From Paraspadella gotoi (lineage: Eukaryota; Animalia; Chaetognatha): a DNA stretch of 64,000 nt. The DNA lies in NCBI GenBank assembly GCA_051294375.1, contig CM119266.1, positions 4,886,742-4,950,741 on the forward strand. Direction: 5' to 3'. Below the pieces are notes generated by a model. That model saw only the letters and a program-made list of their open reading frames with translations. It ran no database searches and was not told where the DNA came from. A program made the position numbers and the translations under genes. This document shows positions 36,421 through 50,900 of the stretch, in pieces. How positions within the stretch are numbered: position 1 is the stretch's first letter; each line of letters begins with the position of its first letter.

Positions 36421-39400
36421 GTAAGTTCAACAGGCTGGGTGAGTTTAGGTAAGGTGCGAGGCGAATACGAGGCTGCGTTGAATGCTTGGTGAGATCGCTC
36501 GGTCGGTCAGTCCAGGAATATGACTATCATAAAAAAAGATTGATATTGTTAAATTTTATAAAAAGAGAAATATAATATTGTATTTAAATTATTTTAATTT
36601 GCTTTTGATCCGTTGCTTAATAACTCATTTATCCTGCATTAGAAAAATAATCAAGTTAATCACGAGAGTGTTGGTGTAGTGAAAGGGAGGCAGGGTAAGT
36701 GACGTAGGGTAAGTTTAGGGATCCAAAGTGGCTTTATTATAATTCCATTTTTATCTCGGGGAATAAAGGAAAGTTTTACTCAGGCCTTTCGGCTTTAATC
36801 ATATGGCGGGTTCTCTCATGTCTTTTTTATCATTTAAACCCTTACTAATAATAATTTATTAATTATTAAACTTGTTTAAACCTTAGTCATTTTCTTTCTT
36901 CGTCTGAAAACCCTTTTTCGTTAATTTTAACTCACAAAGTGTTTATATTTAAAAAAATATTGGTTTTTTAAGTTAATTTTAATTGAGAATAAACTTATAG
37001 AGGAGGCTGGGAGCGAATTTGTTTTATATGTTTTATTAATTATCAATAGGGCTAAAGTTTCTGCGGCCAAAGGACCAAAACAAAGGAGATAAAAACGACT
37101 CTATTTTTTTTTTTTTTTTATCGTCGCGCGTTTTTGTTGTCGTTGTTGTTGTTTGCGATAAAACAAACAACGCAAATCGGTCGTCGATAAAATGTTTTTC
37201 CTCGTTTTGTTTTCAATTTCGTATTTACATTATTATTTTTTTCCTCACTGATTTTTCCTTCTTCTTTCTCTGTCTTATTTCATGTTTATTATTTTATTTT
37301 TCAAAGGTTCTTGTCTCTGGTTTAGAGATAACGGAGATCCGAGAGCGCCACATTTAGATTTCTGATCATGTCCCTGACCCATAACCTAATTATTAAACCT
37401 AACAAGGACGGTAATTCCAATGTGTAGCGCCGCATGACTTTATTTTCACTTATTTTATTTGATCACATGAATATGACATGACATGACTAAAAGACTTTTT
37501 TGCCCGTGTATTTATGACATGCACTGCATCAAAATTTTGTCTTTTATTCTCTATAGTTTTAGGAATTCCTGAAAATGGCGGTAGCAGTCCCTTAGATTTG
37601 AGTTTTTTTTCTGTCTTAACAAATGAGCAAATAACTATTGCAAATTATAGTATTTTTAAAACGTAAGCTACAGACCAATAACGAGCTAGTAACAGATCAC
37701 GTCCAAAGTGACTAATTGGCCCGGTGCTAACTCGAACAACTTCATTTTTGGAACTAGAGTCGTTTCAATCTTTTCCAGTGCCAAAATGTTATCTTCCTGA
37801 GTTTGTGAAACAGTTGACACCGAAATGTCAACAGCTAATCTCTCATTATGTTCCTTTGCTTTTTTAGTACATCGCAAGTAGTCGCGGAGAACTCTATAAG
37901 TCACTTTTTGGTCGTCAGTTGGTCGGTATGTCTGTCCCTCGGTCTGTACCGCACTTAGGTTAAAAATGCACATAATTCACTCATGTTAAAAGATAGGAAA
38001 AAACCTCAAAGTGACTGCTAGCGCCACCTTCAGAAAATCCTAAAACTATAAGAATAAAAAGACGAGCTAAGAAAGTCACTGCGGCGCAACACACATTTGA
38101 ATTTCCGTTCTTCTCTCTTTTTCTTTTTCTATTCAACTCTCAATCGTTTCTTCCCAACGCATAACTTGGATCCCAATTTTCTTTCCTCTTTTTTATCGCT
38201 ACTTTCCTTTTTGTTTTTATCTCTCGTCTCACCTTTTCTAACTTTCTTAGACCTTACCTATTTTTTTGTATGTCTCCTGTTACCACTGNNNNNNNNNNNN
38301 NNNNNNNNNNNNNTGCCCAAGCTCGCGCAGACTGGTGTCTGAGGTAAGTTCAACAGGCTGGGTGAGTTTAGGTAAGGTGCGAGGCGAATACGAGGCTGCG
38401 TTGAATCGCTTGGTGAGATCGCTCGGTCGGTCAGTTCAGGAATATGACTATTATAAAAAAAGATGATATTGTTAAATTATATAAAATAGAGAATATAATA
38501 TTGTATTTAAATTATTTTAAATTTGCTTTTGATCCGTTGCTTAATAACTCATTTATCCTGCATTAGAAAAATAATCAAGTTAATCACGAGAGTGTTTGGT
38601 GTAGTGAAAGGGAGCGAGGGTAAGCTGACGTAGGGTAAGTTAGGGGATCCAAAGTGGCTTTATTATAATTCCATTTTTATCTCGGGGAATAAAGGAAAGT
38701 TTTACTCAGGCCTTTCGGCTTTAATCAATATGGCGGGTTCTCTCATGTCTTTTTTTATCATTTAAAACCCTTAAATAATAATTTATTAATTATTAAACTT
38801 GTTTAAACCCTTAGTCATTTATTTTCTCGTCTGAAAACCCTTTTTCGTTATTTTAACTCACAAAGTGTTTATTTAAAAAATATTGGTTTTTAAGTTAATT
38901 TTAATTAGAGATAAACTTATAGAGGAGGCTAGGGAGCGAATTTGTTTTATATGTTTTATTAATTATCAATGGATGCTAAGTTTCTGCGGCCAAAGGACCA
39001 AACAAAGGAGATAAAAACGAGTCTATTTTTTTTTTTTTTTTATCGTCGCGCGTTTTTGTCGTGTCGTTTGTTGTGTTGTTTGCGATAAACAAACAACGCA
39101 AATCGGTCGTCGATAAAATGTTTTCCTCGTTTTGTTTCATTTCGTATTTACATTATTTTTTTTTCCTCACTGATTTTTCCTTCTTCTTTCTCTGTCTTCA
39201 TCTTTATGTTATTTTATTTTATTTTTCAAAGGTTCTTGTCTCTGGTTTAGAGATAACCGGCACTATTTTCCGAGAGCGCCACATTTAGATTTCTGATCAT
39301 GTCCCTGACCCATAACCTAATTATTTAAACCTAACAAGGACCGTAATTCCAATGTGTAGCGCCGCATGACTTTATTTTCACTTATATTTTCCATTTGATC

Positions 39401-40250
39401 ACATGATATGACATGACATGACTAAAAGACTTTCTTTGCCCGTGTATTTATGACATGCACTGCATCAAAAATTTGTCTTTTATTCTCTATAGTTTTAGGA
39501 ATTCCTTGAAAATGGCGGTCAGCATGTCCCTTAGATTTGAGATTTTTTCTGTCTTAACAAATGAGCAAATAACTATTGGCAAATTATACGTATTTTTAAC
39601 GTAAGTGGGACAGACCGACCAAAAAGTGACTAAGTTGCTCCGCGGCGCAACTCGAAACAAACTTTATTCTGAGTTTTTGGAAAACAGGGCTGGCGTTTCA
39701 ATCTTTCCCCCAAAATGTTATCTTCCTGAGTTTTGAAGACATTGACACCGAAATGTACAACAGCTCATTCTCTCCATTATGTTCCTTTGCCTTTTTAGTT
39801 GCATCGCAAGTAGTCGCGGAGCAACTCTATAAGTCACTTTTTGGTCGGTCAGTTGGTCGGTATGTCTGTCCCTCGGTCTGTCCCACTTACGTTAAAAATG
39901 CACATAATTCACTCAGGAAAAGATAGGAAAAAACTTAAAGTGACTGCTAGCGCCACCTTCAGAAAATCCTAGAACTATAAAGAATAAAAGACGAGCTAAG
40001 AAAGTCACTGCGGCGCAACACACATTTGAATTTCCGTTCTTCTCTCTTTTTCTTTTTCTATTCATCTCAATCGATTTTCCCCAACGCATAACTTGGATCC
40101 CAATTTTCTTTCCTCTTTTNNNNNNNNNNNNNNNNNNNNNNNNNCTTATTTTATCGCTACTTCCTTTTTTGTTATTTATCTCTCGTCTCACCTATTTCTA
40201 ACTTTCTTTAAGACCTTACCTAGTTTTTTGATTCTCTGTTACCTGCACCC
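36394..40250 (+). repeat. About 1.9-kb tandem duplication (36394-38288 and 38314-~40250) across a 25-N gap
   Basis: Near-identical sequence restarts immediately after the gap at 38289-38313. Confidence 0.9.
37400..38095. mobile_element. Two head-to-head copies of the HINE-like element forming an inverted repeat (re-copied at ~39333-40025 and ~48965-49620)
   Basis: Left arm gtcttttattctctatagttttaggaattcctgaaaatggcggtagcagtc pairs with right arm gactgctagcgccaccttcagaaaatcctaaaactataagaataaaaagac. Confidence 0.6.
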
Positions 40251-41844
40251 TTTTGGGTTGTGGTGTGAGGTTCACTTCCCCTACTATCGGGACCCAATCT
40301 GGATTTACACTTTTTAACACGATCTTCTGATGTTGTCGTTGCTTTACATGGAACTAAATTTCCATCAAATTTTTCTGTATTAAACCTAAATCATGTTTCT
40401 TCTCATCTTTTTTCATGTTTGCACATTTCTTTTTGTTATAAAATTATCTTTTGTGTTTTATGGTAACTTCTTCCTATTTTTTATATCTTTTTCCGTCGTC
40501 GTCATTTCCTCCACCTCCCCTTCTCCACCCCCTAAACTTCTCTCCCTCCTGTCTGCGCCCTGCCTGCCGCCCTCCCACTTCCCCTCCCCTCTTCTGCCCC
40601 GCTTGCTCGTTCCCGACTCCTTGGTATTTAATAGAACGGCCACTCAGGACTTGTTCTCATGGCGCCCGTTTTCTAGGCAAGAATCGGCGGCTACTCTTTT
40701 TTCTACCGGCGCGCAAAAGGCGGCGTTCGAAAGGCGCCCATAAGAGACGGTATCCGGCGTCTCTCGTTCGTCTCTCTCTCTCTCTCTCTCTCTCTCTTCT
40801 TCGTCTTGTGCGAAAATAAACTCAGAACCGGAGAGTGGCCACTGCCCACTTGACAGTCTCGGCGCCTGCTAGAGTTGATCAGTCAGTGGAGGACGGAACC
40901 ACTTTTTTTTCGCTTTTATTTGCTTTGTTCTTATATTATTCGAGATAGAGTATTACGTAGTTGATGTCTTCTGATTGTTTGAATTAGATGATTAGTATCT
41001 AAGTTTCTTGTTTTGTTGTGATGTAATAGTTAAATCGTGCTGACATGACTCTTGTCTTTTGCTGGATTTGTTGTTCCAGTTGCTCCATCTGGTCAACGAG
41101 ATCGAATATCAAGGGTTTTTCAACATAATATAATTATAAAACTAAATCTTATTAAAAAAAATGTATATATAATGTTCACGAACGACCGATGATCTCCGTT
41201 TTTAACTTTGCCTGCAGTAATCACCAACTTTTAATATTTATACATTCTATATCCAGTTAATTATTGTCTTATACTGGTCGGCGACCTACATCGTACTTCT
41301 TATAACAATAATTACGTGGTATGGACTTCAGAATATATTTTAGTTCAGAGTTATGCAGTTTCACATACAGTTCTACATTACGATCTTACATAGATGTCTC
41401 ATCTCGTGCTCTTACCTCACCTTTCCATGCGCGTGTGTGAGGTTCCCTTCCCCACACGGGATTCCCAATGGAACCTTTTACACTTTTTAACACATTCTGA
41501 TGTTTCGTTGCTTTANNNNNNNNNNNNNNNNNNNNNNNNNAGGCAAGAAAGGAGAGAGTAGATAAAACATTAATAGATAAGGAGCGCGATAGATAATAGA
41601 AACGAAAAAAGGAATGAGATAATTTTAGTAGACAATTGAGGCAAGAAGGGAGAGAGAATAGAAGCAAGAAAGAAAAGTAAAGATTATAAGACTAAAAAAA
41701 AGGGAGACACAAACGCAAAAGAATAGACACGAGCAGAAATGTAAATATAAACTTCTGGCATAACATTGTTAAATCGAGAGCAAAGAGAGTTCTCTCTAGA
41801 GAGAGAGTTAAGAGCCTTTAACCTCACCGTAGCTTAAACTTTAA

Positions 41845-41988
41845 CCGCTTGAACCAATCACAGGGAGAAACGCGGACAGAGGCCGAATCGGTCGTCATGA
41901 AATATCGGGCGGGAGATTCGATCTTCCCCGGGAAGAACTCGATTCTTCATGCGGCGGCGGAAATTCTCGGTTCCGATATCAATTTCAT
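41845..41988 (-). other. Frameshifted duplicate of MARCH exon 1 (probable assembly artefact)
   Basis: Aligns by eye to 32255-32384 with many indels, inside the noisy 41.7-50.9 kb re-copy. Confidence 0.75.
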
Positions 41989-44900
41989 TTTTTTTTCGGA
42001 GATTTATAGTTTTGATCAATTTTAAAAAAATGTTTGGTTTTATATAATTTGTGTGTTTTTTTGTGGTTTAAGTTGGGTTTGGTTTTGTGTTGTGGATTTT
42101 TGTGTTTTTGTGTTTTTTGTTTTGTTTTTATTTGGTCGGGGAGCTACCGAGTAATTAATTTACGTTTTTAAAAAGTTTTATTTTACTTTTGTATTGACAA
42201 GTTTTTCGCGTGAACGAGATGTGATTATTTAATTAATCTCGATACCCTAATTGTTCGTCGTTTCGTGTGAGAATTCATTATCCCATCATATGACCATCGT
42301 TGTCGTTTCTGGTCTTATTTGCCGTGATATGCTGCTCACCACAACACTTCAGAAACCGATTTGAAGTCGAGACGAAAAGGATTTTTGATGAAATATATTA
42401 TTTTGTTTCTTTTGTGGATTTACGTGATTTTGTTTCGCTCTTCCTTTTTGGAATAAGAATTCCGATATTTAAATTGAGGTAAATAAGCAGGAGTTCCTAG
42501 TCTTTGGGCTTTTTTATTTTTGTGTGTGTGTGAGAGAGAGAGAAAGCAGAGATCGATCAGAGGTGGAGAGAGACGTGCATAGTAGTTGCAGTGGTCGGTA
42601 CGCAAGAGGAGAAGATTCCAACACGAGCCACAAAAATGACGATACGAGAAAAAAACAATAAACCCGAGATCGAGCTCACCAGTTAATGAACATACTGTAA
42701 GCGCCGCCAAATCGTCGAGGACGTGAGATAGAATCTCCCCTGTTCTATAAATATTTCGCGCTAACTTCTTGGCTGATGCTCAGTCTCTTCTGAGGCTCGT
42801 GTGCCGACGTGATAGTCGAACAGAAGACAAGACAGTTGGACGCGTGTCGCTCAGTAAGAAGACAGGAGAGTAAGGCAACGGAGGAGTATTTCGGAACATT
42901 GGACGAGAAAACGAGAGAAGGTTGAAAAAAAACTTGGACGATATTGCTAGGGGGGGTAGATTAAAGGGATGATCTAAGTTAGAGAGGGTTTCCGTATTTT
43001 ATTTGAGATGAGAGCATGAACGAGAGTGAGGAGTGAGACTGAGAGAGAGATGTCACACTTGAGATGCAGCACGCAGTCAGAGAGTACGCTCCGCCGTCTC
43101 ACTTGATTTTCATCTTTACACTCTCTTCTCGCGGTCGTTCGCGGAGTACTCAAATTAAGGATCAAAACGCAATGAAGTAAGAGAAGATCACACACCAGTC
43201 TTAACTATGAACGTTATAAGATCGCGAATACGGTGCTTCTCTACGGGTCATCTCCCTCCAGTTTACTCTTAAGAGAGTCGTATCTTTGTGGTCTATTCCG
43301 CTGGGCTGTAAAGGCGTGATACTTAGTCCGCAGCTGTAAGTTCTCGAATTTTGAGTTTTACTGCGATAGATCTCTCTCTGTCGTAGCGAGACACGTCTGG
43401 AGAGAGGAGGAGGAGAGGAGGAGAGGCAGAGGGGAGCATGAGTAGCAGGTAGTGGGGGCAGAATTGCGTACAATGAATTATTAGTTATAATAATAACATA
43501 CTCATGGGTGGTGATGAAAGAATATATTATATACAAGAGGTCTATATTTGATAACGTAATCAGTTGCGCTGCTAGTGAGTGAACAGATGTAAAGTTAAAA
43601 ATAGAAACTACATATAATAATATATTTCTCGTAAACAGAAGAAAATCTATGAGAGTTTGACGAACAGAGATGTCTCAGAAAGTTGATAGTCTCTGCATTG
43701 GTCCGAAAAGGAAATTGACATAAATTTGCTTGGTGTGATAAAGGATAGATGAATATCCACAAATATATATCTGGTAAAGCCTATTTATTCGCTTAGCAAA
43801 CAAACACGCAAGTTCAGGCAGTTTTTCGTTCACAATTTAGTATGATGTTAGAATAACTATAATATATGCTTTTAACAGAATCGAGTGCTCTCCTCGCCTA
43901 CACTGGTGGGCGCCGCTAGGCCGGCGGCTCTATCCGTCGTTGGTTGGGCCTTCTCCGCGGTGTGTCGGCGCCCCGCACTGTGTAGGGCTAAGACTACAAC
44001 ATCCTCTCTTATCAGTCCTATTAGTGTGACGGTCCTCGCTTTACCTGTTTTGCCCTTTTCATATTTTTGTGTGCGCGAGCCCTCCTGCTCCAGAGGAGGC
44101 CCACTGCCAGGGGTATCATCACCAGAGCAGGTCAGGGCAGACTTTAGAAAGACCGTCTTAGTCTCGTCGCTGTGCGTGTCGCGGCTTACATCCCGCCGAC
44201 GGAGGGTGTACTCGCAATTATGTCTGCCTGGTCTTCATCACCACTGAGAAGAGTGGTCTAATCTGTTGGACTACGCGATTTCACTCACCGCCCGATATTA
44301 TCTCATTACATCTCCACACTAAGTCCATCTCTCTCTTAGCTAAGTTACATTTTTGTGGGGTTCAAACGATCTTTCTACTTCTCTCTTTCATTCGTTATTA
44401 CCAAAAAATAAAACGCACGATTTAAATGAATATTCGATGAAATTGGAGAACGTATCTGCACCTCGCTTCTCTATCATGCTTCCTCTTCTGTAGTACTCTT
44501 ACCTTTTCTTTTTTTTTTCTCGATCATGTGTTCTTTATTTTAAATCATCGATTATATATAATAGTAACCCACTAAAGTGAAAACAACACTACTCATTATT
44601 TGGTGGTGAACACATGTAGACAATTTTAATTTCCCCACGATAAATTTTATGCTCAGAGTGCACACCGAGATTTAGATTTGGTGACGCGCTTCGAAACGCA
44701 CGTTATTAGGACAATTATGTATATTTTGGATAAATATAAGTTATAGAAAATAATTTAAGTATAGTTACAAATGGAACACTTTATACTCTTTGAGAGTTCA
44801 CTGATAATAATGTTGGTCACTTTTTAGAATTGGTGGATATATAGAGCTTTGTGAAATAAGAGTGTTTTTGTTGAGACTCATCATTGTAATCCGAAAGATT

Positions 44901-47829
44901 ACGATTTGTCAGAAGCTGATATGTCAACTGTGTTAAATTGTAATAACAATACGTTGGTATCACTCTTGCAGCCTCTATTCATACTCACTATAGCCACTAA
45001 TTTGGATCTGTCGAGAACTCAATCAACACTTTGAACGAGTATTAGAATATTATTAACTTTCATCTTGCTCGAGATAGATAATGAGAGTTTAAAGTATGAA
45101 TCACAAATGAGAGACTAGAGAACAACACTCTGTGTCACTAAGTCTCTAATGATGAGAGTATTCTATGGCTTCGCCGTATAGTAACATACTTTGTATGGAA
45201 ATTCCTTTTTCGCATATTAATATTTGTCTCACAGACATTAAACTGCACTTCTCTTCTCTAGTTGCGCACTGCCACATGCAATTTTCACCTTTCTTAACCG
45301 ACTACTACACCACATTTATCCTCTAATTCATCCTCCACTAGATGTAATCACAATTGTACACTGTAAGTAATAGCTTATTAAAAAAGAAGAGATAAGAAAA
45401 GAGAAGTTATTATCCACTCATACACATACGAGTAAATCTAATTTGATTCGTATAAATACGTGTATATACAATTGTATTAATTGATGTCCACTTTAATAGA
45501 TTTTACAGTCAGGTTCAGAGGTTCTGTCCCAAGCACAACTTAGCAGTGGGGAGCCTCTCTCAAGATGGCTCTCTAGTGATTTATGATATATTGCGCATCC
45601 TCTCCGCGCAAATGCACTCACTAATTAGGTGGGTGGTGGGGTATGTCAAAAAGTGCGCTGTTGTGATAGTCTGTTGGAGCTAGATGAGCTCCACCACAGG
45701 TTGTCTTGGCCGTGCCTCGCTCTCATTCTGGGAGCTGAGATCCTAAAAGGCCTGCATCTTTCTTCCGTGGTTAACCAACGTCGAATATATTCCGAAGTAT
45801 ATATCTGGACGTATAGAGAGTACAGAAGAGAGCCACAATGATGTTTATAATGTATATAGCAGAATACCTATAAAATGATATATATATAAGTTTAATTTGT
45901 CAGGCACGCGGCTCGGTGAGGACAAACGTCATATATTTTCTACATCTCGCTTTAGCCTCATCCGGTCGTATTTTTTAAATCAGTTTGTGGATGAAATTAT
46001 TGTTTCTCTTGGCGCGTGTGGATTTGCACGCCATGAGAGTTAACGCGCTCAAGCTTTACGTTTCAAGTTATAAAATATATAGCTGTTCAAGAATCTATAT
46101 AGTTTATGTTCTCTTAAGCTATAAAGATTAGGCTATAGGATTTTGGTGTCGGGGGACTTAAATTGAGGTATGAATTTCGGATTAGGAAAGAATGGTTAGG
46201 TTTATAGAGCTTAGCGTCGTGTTAGATATGAATAGGGTATCATATTAAATTGTTTCTCCTATAGAAGGGCTAAGTTCATTAAAGAGGTTAAAGAACATAA
46301 TAGTATGAGAAGAAATTATATATTTATAAGTTTTAATACATTAAAATTTTAATAAATTATGTTTCAGTCTCGTTCAGTCGCATGCAGTGATGTCTCATCC
46401 CGAGTAATTTTATTTTATTTTTATTTTTTTTTAATTTAAGCAAACCAATTATTAATTTACCGCTAACCTTAATCCTCGCTACCCCTAACCTAAACACGCC
46501 TCATATAACGAAAGAACGCAGAACGAGAGTGAGAAAAAGTCAAAGGAAATATAAAAAGAATGAGATATATATGAATATAAAATAAATAATAAGAGACTCA
46601 TGAAATATGTACTTATTGAGCTAGTTCAAAGCGGGAATTGTCGATATATAAGGCGGAAGTCTTTTATATAGAGATAAAATAGAGAGCCGGATGCTGCTCT
46701 TTGCTCTATATCTTCTCTGCTTTGCCTACTTGTATCCATAGTCCGCTCAATCATTTACATCTTGTGAGCTTATCTATATTATCTTAATTATTCTTCCGTC
46801 TTTATTCTTTTTCTCACACATTCTCATTTCTGTACAATATAATAATTAAGTTTGCAAAATTACAAATATTATAATTTTATCAATGATAATATTTCTTCCT
46901 TTTTATTTTCCTATTTTTCCTATTTCCTAACTTAGCCCTTGTAATTTTTAAATTAGCTATTATATTGGGCACAGTTACATTTCTTTCTCTCTTTGCTTTG
47001 GTCTCTTTATCTCATTCTTTCAATTGACATTGTCTCTAATTCTCTCTCTCTACATTCTCTCTCATATAACTCTACAACACATCTCTGGGTCATTTTGATT
47101 AGAGAAAGAATCAGCTTATTCTCTAAGATGCCATGAGCACTCGCACGGAGTAATAGAGAAAAGAGAGTACGGTACTTTCTTAGCACTTCGGGGAAAATGC
47201 AAGGAAAGAATGGGGAATACGGAAAGCACGAGAGCAGGCAGAGAGAATTATGCACTATCAAGTTTAGATATGAGAGTCACTACAAACAGATCTCATATAT
47301 TATCGTCACTCCCACCACTTATATGTCAACCTGATCGTCGATTTACTGTACTAATCTCAGTATTCACACAGCTCGTCTCACTCGCAGATGCACGCTACTT
47401 GCAATTCACAACTCACTTCAGTTGAAATGTTCCTCTATTAGTGCATGAAACGTATCGATATTCGCTTATTGAGCTCACCTATATGTTAGTACCGTCACCG
47501 CCTATACCCGACGTACTCCCTCCCTCCATCCTCTCGCCGGGAGAGAGCAGTCGGCACCTCTTTATCTTCCCTTCCTCTTCTCTCTTCTCCTTCCTCTTCA
47601 TGATCTCTCTTCACTCTCCGGATCATGTTATTATACTTCCTATTTTTATCTCCTCTCTCTCTCCTCTGCTCTTGTCCCTATTTACCTCATGTCACCGCGG
47701 CCATGCCTATCATCATTTCAGCTTCCCCTCACTATTCTCTCTCTCCTCTCTCTCTCTGCGTTCAGTTCGATGCTCTCAAGTCCGCGTCTCTCTCTCTCTC
47801 ACTCCTCTCCTCATAATTTTTATGTCTAG

Positions 47830-47938
47830 GTCGTTGGATGCGTCACCATACCACAGCCTGCTCTGACCTTCATCGCACTGCTTGCTGTGGCCTGTTTGAT
47901 CTGGGATGCTGCCACAACTCGCGCACTGGTGTCTGAGG
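47830..47938 (+). other. Frameshifted duplicate of the Piezo WACLIW exon (probable assembly artefact)
   Basis: Aligns by eye to 36326-36420 with many 1-nt indels; a further partial copy lies at 38314-38343. Confidence 0.8.
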
Positions 47939-50900
47939 GTAAGTTCAACAGGCTGGGTGAGTTTATGGCTAAGGTGCGAGGCGAATACGAGGGCTGCGTT
48001 GAATCGCGTGTGAGATCGCTCGGTCGGTCAGTCCATGGAAATATGACGAATCATAAAAAAGATTTGATATTGGTTAAATTTATAAAATAGAGAAGCATAT
48101 ATTGTATTTAAATTATTTTAAACTGGCTTTTGATCCGTTGCTTAATAACGTCATTTGTCCTGCATTAGAAAAATAATCAAGTTAATCCAGCGGAGAGTGT
48201 TTGGTGTTGTGAAAGGGAGGCGAGGGTAAGCTGAACGTAGGGTAAGTTAGGATCCAAAGTGGCTTTATTATAATTCCATTTTTATCTCGGGGAATAAAGG
48301 AAAGTTTTTACTCAGGCGCTTTCGGCTTTAAATCAAATGGCGGGTTGCTCTCATGTCTTTTTTATCATATAAACCCTGATAATAATATTTATTAATTATT
48401 AAACTGTTTTTAAACCTAGTCTATTTTCATTTTCTCGTCTGAAAACCTTTTTCGTTTAATTTTTAATCTCACATAGTGTTTTATTGTAAACAAATATTGG
48501 GTTTTTAGTTAATTTTAATTGAGATAAACTACTATAGACGGAGGCACTAGGGAGTGGCGAAATTTGTTGTATGATGTTTTATTTAATTATCATATGCTAT
48601 GTTTCCGCAAAAGGACCACAACAAGGAGTATAAAAAACGACGGTCTATTTTCTTTTTTTTTATCGTCGGCGCGTTTTTGTTTGTCGTTGTTGTTGTTGTT
48701 TGGCGATACAACAAAAACGCTCAAATCGGTCGTCGATAAAATGTTTTTCCTCGTTTTGTTTTCTTTTCGTATGTACATTATTTTTTTTCTACATCAACAG
48801 ACTTTTTTCCATTCTCTTTCTCTGTCTTTATTTCATTTTATTTTTTTTTTATTTCAAAGGTTCTTGGTCGTGTGGTTTGAGATAACCCGGCACTATTTTC
48901 CGAGAGCGCCACATTTAGATTCCTAATCATATCGCCTGACACGCATAACCTAGATAATTCACCTAACAAGGACGGTAATTCCTATGTGTTGCGCCGCGCA
49001 TATGACTTTATTTTCACTTATTTTTTTATTTGATCACATGATATGACATGAATTGACTTAAAAGACTTTCTTTGCCCGTGTATTTATGACAATGCACTGC
49101 AATCAAAATTTCGCTTTTCCATTCTCTTATAGTTTTAGGAATTTAGTTGAAAATGGCGGTAGCAGTTCCGCTTCAGATTTGGAAGATTTTTTCTGTCTTA
49201 ACAAAATGAGCAAATAACTATTGCAAATTATACTATTTTTAACGAGTAAGGCAGGCGCATGCCAAAAACAAGTGACTACAGTTCCGCTGGAGCAACTCGA
49301 ATATAAGTTACTTTATTCGGTGGTTAGTTGGTGTATAGTCAGCGCCTGGCGTTTGTCCAATCTTTAGGCGGTTAAAAATGTCAATATTCCACTCAGTTAT
49401 GTGAAACATTGATAGCGGAAAATGTTAAGTACTGCTCACGTCCTGTATGTCCTTTCCGAGTTGCAACCAATGTTAGCCGGCGTTAATAAGTCTTTTTGAG
49501 TGGCTATGTCCCGCCCCGGTTGTACACAGAAAATGACATAATAGCTAAGATTACTGTACGGCTACCGCATAGAAAACCAAACAGTAAAAAACGACTAGGC
49601 AGTGGGCGCAACAACACATTGAATTTCCGTTCTTGCTCTCTTTTTTTTCTTTTTCTATTCATCTTCCATATCGATTTTTCCCAACGGCATAAACTTGGAT
49701 CCCATTTTTCTTTTTCCTCTTTTTTATCGCTACTTTCCTTTTTGTTTTTATGCTCTCGCTCTCACGCTCTTTTCTAACTTTCTAGGAGCCTTACCTATTT
49801 TTTTATTCTCTGTTACCGTCACCTTTTCCATGCGCGTGTGGTGAGGTTCCCTTCCCCACACGGGATTCGCGAATTGGAACCTTTTACACCTTTTTAAACA
49901 CAGTTCTGATGTTTCGTTGCTTTTACATGGAACTAATATTCCATCAATTTTTTTTTATTAAATCCTTAAATCATGTTCTTCTTATATGCTTTCATGTTTG
50001 AAACTTTCTTGTTTGTTATAAATTATTCTTTTTTGTTTTAATTGGAACCTTCTTCTATTTTTAATACTCTTTTTCCGTCTCGTTTCTGCCACCTCCGGGC
50101 TTTCTCGCTGCTTTCCCGCCGGCCTTACTCCCGCTCCTCGCTCACCTTCGGCCTGCGCGACTTCTGCGCCGATCCTTCTCTCCAGCCTCCTGATTAAAAA
50201 ACCGCCACCGAGACTGTCATGGCGCCCGTTTCAGGCAAACGGCGCTACTCTTTTCTACCGGCGCGCAAAAGCGGCGTCGAAAAGGCGCCATACAGAACGG
50301 TTCCGGCGTCTCTCTCTCTCTCGCTTCTCTCTGTCTCTCTCTCTCTCTCTCTCTTTCTTTGCTCTTCGCGAAATGATAAACTCAGAACGGCGGAAGTGGC
50401 CACGCCCACTTGCAGTCCGGCGGCCCTGCTGATTTGATCAGGTCAGTGAGGAGGAACCCTACTTTTTTTCGCTTTATTTTGCTTTTTTTGCTTTATATTA
50501 TTCAGTCAGAGTATTTATCTAGTGATGTCTCTATTGTTTGTATTAATGATTAGTATCTAATTCTTGTTTTCATGTTGACGTTAATAGCTTAATCTCTTTG
50601 ACATGACTGCTTTCTTTTTGCTGATGTTGTTCTCAGTTGCTCCATCTGGTCAATGAGATCGAAAAAGGTTTATCAAAGGGCATAGATAGTAAGATGAAGT
50701 AAAATAAACCTTATTAAAACAAATGTAAATAATGGTTCAAAAAAAATGTAAATAATGTTCACGAACCGACCGATTGATCCGTTTTAATTTTTGCCTTTGA
50801 GAAAAACTTTAATTATATATCTATATTTTATATTATTAATTAATTCCGTGTTATCTGCGGCTTAATCGTATTCTTAAACAATAATTACGTGTAGGATTCA

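Noticed and set aside
42200-47800. High-complexity, apparently novel sequence with ORFs (e.g. 43885-44247, 45629-45841)
   Set aside because: Colinear, insertion-corrupted copy of about 32.6-36.3 kb; most consistent with raw long-read noise.
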